DNA of 64,000 bases. Source: Planctomycetia bacterium. GTDB taxonomy: Bacteria; Planctomycetota; Phycisphaerae; UBA1845; UTPLA1. Made by a program: the position numbers and the translations under genes. Of the stretch, positions 56,463 through 64,000 are shown piece after piece. Within the stretch, counting starts at the first letter, position 1, and each line of letters starts with the position of its first letter. The stretch lies in the NCBI GenBank assembly GCA_015075745.1, contig JABTTW010000002.1, positions 446,453 through 510,452 of the forward strand. Reading direction: 5' to 3'. Below the pieces are notes generated by a model. It was not told the DNA's origin and made no database searches. It saw only the letters and a program-made list of their open reading frames with translations.

Positions 56463-56795
56463 CTATTCGTCCGCTTCCATCGTTACCGTAATCTTGCACG
56501 ATGCGAATTGCTCGACGTACAGCTCGGCACGCTCCTTGTGCGTCACCAGCAGCAGGGCACAGCCCGTCTTGTGCGCCTCGAGCATGCGAAGAATTGCTTC
56601 CTGCTCACGCAGCGGCGTCAGCATCAAAATGGAGGCCACCACGTCCTCCATCATATTCTTGTCGTCGTTGTGCAAGAGCACCTTGAACGGCGGCAACATC
56701 TTCGGCTTCGGCTTCCGCCGTGCGGGAGCGGGCTTCACGGCCGTCATCGACTTCTCACTCGATTGCCCCGAATTGTCTGCACGCTTGTCTGCCAT
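56463..56795 (-). CDS. clpS: ATP-dependent Clp protease adaptor ClpS
   Basis: PPFKVLLHNDDKNMMEDVVASILMLTPLREQEAILRMLEAHKTGCALLLVTHKERAELYVEQF is a typical ClpS core. Start at ATG 56795; the longer ORF extension upstream looks non-coding. Confidence 0.85.
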   Translation of the reverse strand: MADKRADNSGQSSEKSMTAVKPAPARRKPKPKMLPPFKVLLHNDDKNMMEDVVASILMLTPLREQEAILRMLEAHKTGCALLLVTHKERAELYVEQFASCKITVTMEADE

Positions 56796-56931
56796 CAAAA
56801 TGCCCTCGCCTGACCCGTTGATCCCGCTAACCTCAATATAACTTTCGGCCGCCCGCCGAAGCAAGTGCCCGCACGATGCGTGCCTCAGGCGCCTTTCCGT
56901 ATTATAATTCGACCGACCACCGGGCACCAAC

Positions 56932-57849
56932 ATGACGCAATCCACAATTTCACCCGCCCCACCCAAAGCCCGCCAGCCGCTGCTCGATCCCGATTTTCTC
57001 GCCCGGCTGGAGCAATTGGAGATCATCTCCCGCAAAATCACCGCCTCCCGCAACAAGGGCGAACGCAAGTCCCGCCGAAAGGGCGAATCCGCCGAGTTCG
57101 CCGACTACCGCAATTACGTGTCCGGCGACGACATCCGCCACGTCGATTGGAATATCTACGCCCGGCTCGACCGCCTCTTCCTCAAGCTCTTTCTGGAAGA
57201 AGAGGAACTGAACGTCTCCATCATCGTCGATGTCTCGGGCTCGATGGACACCGGCGATCCTTCCAAGGAGCGCTATGCCCGCCGCGTCGCCGCCGCCGTC
57301 GGTTACATCGGCCTCTGCAACTACGATCGCGTCAATCTGTATGCATATGCCGACGGCCTGGTCGCCTCTCGCATCGGTCTGCGAAGCCGGCGCGTCCTGC
57401 CGCAACTGCTCCAATTCCTGGAGGAAACGCCATTGGGCGGTCCCAGCAAGTTCGTCTCCGCCGCCAAGCAGTTCGCCATGCGCCACACCCAAAAAGGCGT
57501 CTGCCTGGTCATTTCCGACCTGCTCGACAAATCCGGCTTCGAGCAGGGCCTCCCGTACCTCCTCGGTCGCAATCTCGACATCTACGTCCTCCAGGTCCTC
57601 AGCCCGCAGGAATTGGAACCCGACCTCACCGGCGACCTCAAGCTCGTCGACTGCGAAGACGAAGACATCGCCGAGATCACCGTCAGCAAGCTCCTCCTCG
57701 ACAAATACAAATCGAATCTCCAGGCCTACTGCGAGTCCATTCGCGCATACTGCAACGGCCGCGGCATCAACTACATGCTCGCCGCCACCAACCACCCCTT
57801 TGAAACGCTCATCCTGACCTACCTCCGCGCCAGGGGGCTCGTCCGATGA
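56932..57849 (+). CDS. DUF58 (VWA-like) domain protein
   Basis: RRKGESAEFADYRNYVSGDDIRHVDWNIYARLDRLFLKLFLEEEELNVSIIVDVSGSM is the DUF58 signature. Confidence 0.8.
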   Translation: MTQSTISPAPPKARQPLLDPDFLARLEQLEIISRKITASRNKGERKSRRKGESAEFADYRNYVSGDDIRHVDWNIYARLDRLFLKLFLEEEELNVSIIVDVSGSMDTGDPSKERYARRVAAAVGYIGLCNYDRVNLYAYADGLVASRIGLRSRRVLPQLLQFLEETPLGGPSKFVSAAKQFAMRHTQKGVCLVISDLLDKSGFEQGLPYLLGRNLDIYVLQVLSPQELEPDLTGDLKLVDCEDEDIAEITVSKLLLDKYKSNLQAYCESIRAYCNGRGINYMLAATNHPFETLILTYLRARGLVR

Positions 57850-59882
57850 CCTTCCTCTCCTGGCCCGTCGGTCTCCTCTTCGCGGGCATCACCATCCCGC
57901 TTCTGCTGCTGCTCTACTTCCTCAAGCTCCGCCGCCAGGAGCGCAAAGTCTCATCGACCTTCCTCTGGAAGAAGGCCGTTCAGGACCTTCAGGTCAACGC
58001 CCCGTTCCAGAAGCTCCGCAAGAACCTCCTGCTCTTCCTGCAACTTCTCCTGCTCGCCGCCCTGCTCTTCGGCATCGCCGAGCCGATCGCCAACTTCACC
58101 CGCGAATCGCAGCGCAACATCGTCATTATGATCGACCGCTCCGCCTCCATGAAAACCCTTGAGGCCGACGGCCGCACCCGACTGGAGCACGCCCAACAGG
58201 CCGCCACCGAGTTTGTCTCGCGCCTCCCCGACAATTCCAACGCCATGGTCATCGCCTTCGGCAGCGTGCCCTCTGTCGGCTGCACCTTCACCGACGACAA
58301 GCGCCGTCTCGAACAGGCCATCCGCAACATCGAGCCTTCTGACGAGCGCAGCCTCGTCGGCGAGGCCCTCCCGCTGGCCATCGCCTACTCCTCCAATCTC
58401 GTCGATGTCGGCGGCGCCGAAGGCGCGGCGGTCCCAAGCGGCGGTAGCCCCCTCTCGCAGTCCTTCGCCGACATCGAATTCTTCAGCGACGGCCGCATCG
58501 CCGACGCCGGCCAGCAGTTCGTCACCCGCGGCAAGATGCGCTTCTACCGCGTCGGCCAGACCGCCGACAACGTCGGCATCACCGCCTTCGACGTCCGCCG
58601 CGACTTCGAGCGACCCGGCATGTTGTCCGTCTTCGTCCAGGTGGAGAACTTCGGCCCCACTGCCGTCAAGGCCGACATCACCATCGCGTTGGACGGCAAG
58701 CCCCTGCCCGGCCCCGGTTCGATCCGCGAACTGCACCTCGGCCCCGCCCGCGACCCCGCTCAGCCGCCGACCACCAGCGCCCCCGCCTCCGGTTCAATCG
58801 AGTCTCAGATCGCCCCCGCCCAAAACGTCATCTTCGAGTTCCATCATGAATCCGGCGGAATCATCCAGGTCGAGCTGCACCACGACGACGCCCTGGCCGT
58901 CGACAACATCGCCAGCGCCCCCATCGACCCCCCGCGCGAAGTCCGCGTCCTCACCGTCTCCGGCCGCTCCGCCGTCGAGCGATTTTTCGGCAAGGCCCTC
59001 CGCGCCCTCGAGATTCCCGATGTCACTACCATGACACCCGAGGAATACGAAAAATCCCCCGACGACGCCCTCATCCGCGACGGCCGCAGCGCCTTCGACC
59101 TCGTCCTCCTCGACAACCACGACACCGATCGACTCCCCCCCGGCAATTACCTCTTCTTCGGCGGCGTCCCCAAGGTCGACGGCGTCGCCGCGACCGACGA
59201 AATCGAAGGCCAGCCCATCATCTTCGGCCGGCAGGACGACCCGCTCATGCGCAACGTCAACTACGACGGCCTCTACGTCACCCGATGGCGAAAGCTCACC
59301 CTGCCCGAACACGCCCTCGGCCTCCTCGAAGGGCCTGACAGCCGCGTCATCGCCCTCCTCAGCGATCCCGGCCATCGGTATGTCATCTGCGCATTCGACC
59401 TGCTCGATTCAAACTTCCCCCTCAAAGAGGCCTTCCCCATCTTCATCCAGAACGCCGTCGGCTACCTCGCCTCCGGCGGCCTCATCGATGTCACCCGCAT
59501 GTTCCGCCCGGGCGAGACCCTCGCCGCCGCCAACCCCGCAGGAGCAACCGAGGTCGAAGTCGTCCGCCCCGATGGCCACATCGACAAGTCCCCGGTCCGC
59601 GCCGGCGGCACCTTCACCTATGCCCGCACCAAGGACGCCGGCGTCTATCGCCTCACCTTTAACGACGCCGCCAGGACCACCGAGCTCTTCGCCGCCAACC
59701 TGCTCGACCCCGAAGAGTCGCGCATCCTCCCCAACGAAAAGTTCTCCATCGGCGCCGAGGCCGTCGAGTCCGTCACCGCCGAGACAAAGGTGAACCAGCC
59801 CCTCTGGCCCTACGCCGTCCTCGCCGCCATCGCCATACTCATCATCGAATGGTGGGTCTACAACAAACGCGTGATGATCTGA
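57846..59882 (+). CDS. BatA-type N-terminal membrane domain + VWA domain protein, C-terminal TM
   Basis: LLFAGITIPLLLLLYFLKLRRQERKVSSTFLWKK is the aerotolerance BatA N-terminal motif. The VWA MIDAS block is IVIMIDRSASM. The ATGA start/stop overlaps the DUF58 gene at 57846-57849. Confidence 0.8.
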   Translation: MTFLSWPVGLLFAGITIPLLLLLYFLKLRRQERKVSSTFLWKKAVQDLQVNAPFQKLRKNLLLFLQLLLLAALLFGIAEPIANFTRESQRNIVIMIDRSASMKTLEADGRTRLEHAQQAATEFVSRLPDNSNAMVIAFGSVPSVGCTFTDDKRRLEQAIRNIEPSDERSLVGEALPLAIAYSSNLVDVGGAEGAAVPSGGSPLSQSFADIEFFSDGRIADAGQQFVTRGKMRFYRVGQTADNVGITAFDVRRDFERPGMLSVFVQVENFGPTAVKADITIALDGKPLPGPGSIRELHLGPARDPAQPPTTSAPASGSIESQIAPAQNVIFEFHHESGGIIQVELHHDDALAVDNIASAPIDPPREVRVLTVSGRSAVERFFGKALRALEIPDVTTMTPEEYEKSPDDALIRDGRSAFDLVLLDNHDTDRLPPGNYLFFGGVPKVDGVAATDEIEGQPIIFGRQDDPLMRNVNYDGLYVTRWRKLTLPEHALGLLEGPDSRVIALLSDPGHRYVICAFDLLDSNFPLKEAFPIFIQNAVGYLASGGLIDVTRMFRPGETLAAANPAGATEVEVVRPDGHIDKSPVRAGGTFTYARTKDAGVYRLTFNDAARTTELFAANLLDPEESRILPNEKFSIGAEAVESVTAETKVNQPLWPYAVLAAIAILIIEWWVYNKRVMI

Positions 59883-60064
59883 TCACCCGCCTCAGGTTTC
59901 CTGCATTTCGGCGCGAACGGGGAGCAAGAATCTCCCAATAGAGCCCAATCCGCGCAGACTCAACAAAGATGAACCTGATGCATGCAACGCCCATCATCCA
60001 AACCACAAGCCCCAGGCCTCAGGTCCCAGGCCCGTTTCGCGCGCTTTTCACCTTTTTCGCGCAT

Positions 60065-60134
60065 CACCCCAACACACGACCACCACAAGAGTTGACACAC
60101 TTTCCAAAGCCCGTGTGTCACTATATGTCACCTT
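60065..60134 (+). repeat. Interspersed about 70-nt element, copy C
   Basis: CACCCCAACACACGACCACCACAAGAGTTGACA...TGTCACTATATGTCACCTT. Confidence 0.75.
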
Positions 60135-60355
60135 CGATTTCGGCGCTCCCCGTAGCGTCCGGCGCCCCTGCCGGACGCATGACACCGACTCGCTCTCGAA
60201 TGCATCCGCGCGACTCAGCCGCCGCGAAATGTACTGACGACTTGACTCGTTGCCGTCCGGCAGTTTTCCCCCATCCCTCAAGCCTCAGGTCTCAGGCCTC
60301 TTCGCGCGTTTTCACCCAAATCGCACACCGCCCCAAACCACGCTCCGGCCAAGAG

Positions 60356-60373
60356 AGAAAAGGTGTCAGGATG
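60356..60373 (+). repeat. Third copy of the AGAAAAGGTGTCAGGATG motif, abutting the IS4-like element
   Basis: 18 of 18 identical to 14414-14431. It is immediately followed by the IS inverted repeat. Confidence 0.75.
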
Positions 60374-61404
60374 GAATGGCACTAACCTAAGCTGATTTTC
60401 TGCGTAATTCCAGCTCTTTTCGAAATACGGCGCGAGGTTTCGTCATCAGCTTGTGAGACTTCGGCCGCCGCTTGACGACGCGAGGCTCGATTCGATTCGG
60501 GCGTAACGGGTTAACGACGAGTGCCGGAAGCGTGGCAGCGGCCGGCGCGGCGGCCAGCCAGCGCAGGGCATCGACAAAGCTGATGCGATCCATCGCGACG
60601 TTCTGCCGGCGGGCGGCCTCCAGCATGACCATGCGTACCAGATTGTAGACCAGTGCAAACATCCATAGTTCCTTCATCACGCCGGCCACGCTCTTGCAGT
60701 GCAGCTTCTCCATGCGCATTGTGGTCTTGAGGTGACCGAAACTGGTTTCCACCGCCCATCGCGCTTGGTACAATTCCGCGAGATCCTCGGCCGTCTAAGT
60801 CTCCGCGTTCAGCAGTGTGGTGACCAGGGTGATTTCGCCGGGACGATAGCCCGGCGCCTCGATGCGGTAACGCAGCTCGCGGACCGTGACCGTATCCGGC
60901 ATCGAGAAGCTCGAACCATCGATCAGAATCGTGCGATGGCCCATCCACAATCCGGTGTGGGCCGCGGCCTGCTGCATGCGAGCGCCAATTCTGGATACGA
61001 GCGTCTTGATGACCTCCAGCGGCAGTCGAGATCGCGCCTGGCAGTAGGCAGCGGCGCTGAACGCCTCGCTTGCCAGATGCCGCAAGTGGCTGCATGCCGT
61101 ATTGCCATGGAGAATCTGCAGAATGAACAAGTGAATCGTCGTGACCGGATCCAGCACCCGGTCGCGCCAGTGGTGTCCGACCTCTCGGCAGATCGACTCG
61201 ACAAATGCGGCGGACAAGTACGTCGCCAGATCGTCCTTGATCTGACGCAACGCGCGCGTGATACTGACCATCCGTGGCCTCCTTTTGATGACGGTGTGTC
61301 TTGACAACAACATCATCCCAGGAGGCCACGCTCCGCGCCAGCGCGCGTAAGTGCGCCGTGTAAAAGAACTTACGGCATCAAGATCGCAAACTTAATGCCA
61401 TTCC
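60373..61404 (-). mobile_element. IS4-family-like element, decayed (internal deletion plus in-frame TAG)
   Basis: Terminal inverted repeats GGAATGGCACTAA (60373-60385) and TTAATGCCATTCC (61392-61404) match at 12 of 13. The N-terminal ORF 60795-61316 ends ...GHRTILIDGSSFSMPDT(V)TVRELRYRIEAPGYRPGEITLVTTLLNAET, followed by TAG. The same frame continues TAEDLAELYQARWAVETSFGHLKTTM (the Y-R-E-K signature). The second catalytic-Asp region appears to be missing, and the total is only about 300 aa. Confidence 0.75.
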
Positions 61405-61644
61405 TTACGGGCTCCATTGTCATGGGCACGTCGGATTACCTGCGGGTCGCTCGCCCGACGATGGGCCATTTCGCAACAATGCCTGAAACGGACGGTCCGA
61501 AGGCCTGAAAATCGCCGGTCCCTTGACCGACAGCCTCTGGTTCCGTACGACATAGGATAAGACTTACCGCTTTGCGGCCCTCCCGACGCGCCGGGCCGGC
61601 GAAGCCTTGCCCGCCTCGCAAGCGCAACAGAGGCTGCGTCATGG

Positions 61645-62589
61645 ATGAGCCGGCAGGACATGGATAAGCCGATCGTCAGCGTCGTCATACCGACTTATAA
61701 CCGGGCGGGCTACCTGCGCGAGGCGCTGGATTCCGTCGCTGCGCAGACGTTTCAGGACTTCGAAGTCGTTGTAGTGGATGACGGCTCGGATGAGGATATC
61801 GCGTCGTCCGTCAGCGGACATGCCGCCCGTCCTCGCCTGATTCGCCAGGCGCGCCAGGGCCCGGCGGCGGCGAGAAATCGGGGTATTTTCGAGTCGCGGG
61901 GCGAATTCATCGCATTTCTGGATAGCGACGATCACTGGCTACCGAACAAATTGGCGGTTTTCGTGACGGCCCTTCAAGAGGCCAAGAATGTCAATGTTTT
62001 CTACGGCCCGATGATCCCGGTCGATGACGCGGGGAGGACGGTCAGCGGCCGGACAAAGCCGCGGTACGAGGGCTGGATCACGCAGCGACTCTTTGAGAGT
62101 TGCTTCGTTGATGTGCCCAGCGTCGTTTGTCGGAAATCCGTGCTCGTTGACGCCGGTTGCTTCGATGCTTCATTGCCGGTTTGCGAAGATTACGACCTCT
62201 GGCTCCGGATCAGTGTGGCAGAGCCATTCGGCCTCATCAGCGAACCTCTTGCCAAGCGAAGATTGCACGATAATCGGCTTAGCAAGCAATTAATGAGTCG
62301 CAACCTTGGTGTGAAGGCCCGCGTGCTCGAAAGGTTCTACGAACAGCATCGCGATGGTCGCCTATTGGATCAGCGTTCGGCCGCCGCTCGCCTCTCCCGG
62401 GTTTACTTTCAGGCCGGGCGGGCGGCATTTCATGACGGGGCCTATCAGCAAGCCGTCGAGTATTGCAGAGCCAGCCGGGCGCACGGCAGATCGCCATTTC
62501 GAACGATTCTGTTTTCGGCCGCCGCCGCCACGATGGCCATGTTGTCGGGCGACCGAAAGAAAGTCGCCGCAGGGGCAGCAAAGGTCTGA
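61645..62589 (+). CDS. Family 2 glycosyltransferase
   Basis: VSVVIPTYNRAGYLREALDSVAAQTFQDFEVVVVDDGSDEDI plus DSDDHWLPNK (DxD region). Confidence 0.85.
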   Translation: MSRQDMDKPIVSVVIPTYNRAGYLREALDSVAAQTFQDFEVVVVDDGSDEDIASSVSGHAARPRLIRQARQGPAAARNRGIFESRGEFIAFLDSDDHWLPNKLAVFVTALQEAKNVNVFYGPMIPVDDAGRTVSGRTKPRYEGWITQRLFESCFVDVPSVVCRKSVLVDAGCFDASLPVCEDYDLWLRISVAEPFGLISEPLAKRRLHDNRLSKQLMSRNLGVKARVLERFYEQHRDGRLLDQRSAAARLSRVYFQAGRAAFHDGAYQQAVEYCRASRAHGRSPFRTILFSAAAATMAMLSGDRKKVAAGAAKV

Positions 62590-62640
62590 CGGCCCGGAAA
62601 ATGCCCTCACTTTGCCATTACGCTGAACTATGATGCATTG

Positions 62641-62934
62641 ATGGATCAAGACGACCAGATCTGCTATTGCTACCACGTGTCCCTTAGAAAACTGGTGGCG
62701 TTTGCCCGGCGCGAGAAGCCACAACGGGCTTCGCAGATGTCTAATTGTCTGGGGGCCGGAACGGGCTGTGGATGGTGCATCCCCGTCTTGATGCGGATTC
62801 AGCAGCAGGCACTCGCCTCGGATGCAGATTCCGTCGGCGAAGACGCGCCGGCACTCCCGGAATCGGCCGGGGATTATGCCTCAGCGAGGCGCGAGTACCT
62901 GCGATCGCCCACGAAGAATACCTTCGAGGGTTGA
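62641..62934 (+). CDS. BFD-like [2Fe-2S]-binding domain protein
   Basis: ICYCYHV...CLGAGTGCGWC is the four-Cys pattern of bacterioferritin-associated ferredoxin-like domains. ATG 62641 is preferred over the TTG at 62638. Confidence 0.7.
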   Translation: MDQDDQICYCYHVSLRKLVAFARREKPQRASQMSNCLGAGTGCGWCIPVLMRIQQQALASDADSVGEDAPALPESAGDYASARREYLRSPTKNTFEG

Positions 62935-63066
62935 CGTATTCCCGGCAACTCAGTTCGTCGCCGTAAGACTTGCAATCGACGCCCGATTGCCGGTACTCTT
63001 TACACCATCGTCCCGAGCAGAATCCTCCGCGCACAGTTGCGCACAGCCAATGGAGAACTCGGGACC

Positions 63067-63879
63067 ATGTACACTCATCAAACTTCAGCAGGCTTTCTCT
63101 TCGCCATTCTCATGGTGGCCCTCTTCGGCGCGCCGGCCACCGCTTTCATCACCGCCGGTCAGATTGATGATTTCGAGGACGGCACCGTCATGGGCTGGGG
63201 CGGCGGAGATAATCCGACCAACTTCGCAAGCGGCGGTCCGGCAGGCGTCGACGATCATTTCCTGCGGATCGTCGCCAATCAACCAGTCGGCCCGGGCAGT
63301 CGTTTGGCCATGACGAACGACCTTCAATGGTCGGGCAACTACATCGCCCAAGGCGTGACGGCCATCGGCCTGGATATTCGCAATACCAGTCCTGTGCCTG
63401 TCCAACTTCGAGTGCTGTCTCTTTTCGGCCCGGGCGGCGACTTCACGTCCGCGACGCCGGTCATGGTTGCGAATGACGGCCAGTGGCGCCACATTGTGCT
63501 GAGCATCCTTTCGGCAGACATGTTGCCGGTCGGCAGCGCACCTATTGGTGGGTTTAATTACGCTGCGACATTCAGCGCCTTGCCGCGTCTGATGCTGCGA
63601 CACGATCCCGATCCACCGAGCCCATCAGGGTCAGGCGACCCGATCAACGGCGTGCTGGATTTCGACAACATCACTGCGATTGTCCCTTGCCCATGTGAAG
63701 GCGATGTTGATTCCGACACGACACCGAATGGACAGGATATTCAGGTCTTCACCGAAATGTTTCTTGGCTCGATAACCGCAACGAACTGCGCCGATCTCGC
63801 CGCCCCGATCGGCGGGCCCCTGGACGCGTCAGACCTGGCTGCGTTCGTGGATCGCCTTCTTGACGGAAACTGCTCCTAG
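63067..63879 (+). CDS. Secreted beta-sandwich protein with C-terminal dockerin-like segment
   Basis: Signal FLFAILMVALFGAPATA. The C-terminus is CEGDVDSDTTPNGQDIQVFTEMFL...PIGGPLDASDLAAFVDRLLDG, resembling the compact dockerins at 47460-47636 and 53930-54100. Confidence 0.65.
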   Translation: MYTHQTSAGFLFAILMVALFGAPATAFITAGQIDDFEDGTVMGWGGGDNPTNFASGGPAGVDDHFLRIVANQPVGPGSRLAMTNDLQWSGNYIAQGVTAIGLDIRNTSPVPVQLRVLSLFGPGGDFTSATPVMVANDGQWRHIVLSILSADMLPVGSAPIGGFNYAATFSALPRLMLRHDPDPPSPSGSGDPINGVLDFDNITAIVPCPCEGDVDSDTTPNGQDIQVFTEMFLGSITATNCADLAAPIGGPLDASDLAAFVDRLLDGNCS

Positions 63880-64000
63880 TCGGTAGCGCGTCGAAAATCC
63901 CCGGTTGCTGTAATCCGAAGGAGATCTCCGGGGGATAAAGGGCCAGCGCCGATGCCTGATAACTTCTGGGATTGTCGTCTCGGACCTTGCAATCTACCGC

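Noticed and set aside
60373-60395. TGGCAC inside GGAATGGCACTAACCTAAGC as a sigma-54 -24 element. The same applies to TGGCAC at 15575 and 14197.
   Set aside because: No TTGC-like -12 element occurs at the required spacing. The first is simply part of the IS terminal inverted repeat.

Overview
GC-rich bacterial chromosomal segment. The gene content looks Planctomycetota-like: giant secreted modular proteins, CPxCGYDL zinc-ribbon membrane proteins, a DUF58/BatA pair and a sigma-54 two-component pair. This taxonomy is inference only. (1) 0-12.5 kb holds envelope and central-metabolism genes: GT87-like and ArnT/GT39-like membrane glycosyltransferases, an SGNH hydrolase, class I FBP aldolase, a carbamoyltransferase-SxtJ-DUF5989 trio and a secreted esterase. 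(2) 12.6-16.1 kb is a lower-GC, repeat-rich stretch. It carries a zinc-ribbon membrane protein gene bracketed by a 22-nt inverted repeat, an RHS/YD-repeat pseudogene stub and several families of short interspersed repeats. (3) 16-23 kb encodes RluD-type pseudouridine synthase, an orphan HlyD-type adaptor, alanine dehydrogenase, and a histidine kinase with a sigma-54-dependent response regulator. (4) 23.5-27.9 kb is a chain of directly abutting mobile elements: frameshifted IS1380-like, an intact RAYT flanked by nested hairpins, then two frameshifted IS630-like copies, the last butting onto the stop codon of a PQQ beta-propeller gene. (5) 30.6-54.1 kb is the most unusual part. A 1100-aa surface protein (propeller + 5 Ig + MopE-like + TSP3 repeats) is transcribed divergently from five co-directional genes (3012, 792, 271, 1741 and 409 aa in the ORF track). 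Each of the five combines a signal peptide with cohesin-like and dockerin-like modules. The two largest also carry lamin-tail domains, CotH kinase-like domains, a beta-helix and Cys-rich/DNRLRE-like arrays. No glycoside hydrolase module is visible, so this is a candidate non-cellulolytic, self-assembling extracellular system. (6) 54-64 kb encodes a hypothetical membrane protein, an HI0933-type flavoprotein, ClpS, DUF58 + BatA/VWA, more interspersed repeats, a decayed IS4-like element, a GT2, a BFD-like [2Fe-2S] protein and another dockerin-tailed secreted protein. No rRNA, tRNA or CRISPR array was recognised. All functional calls rest on motif recognition by eye, with no database search.
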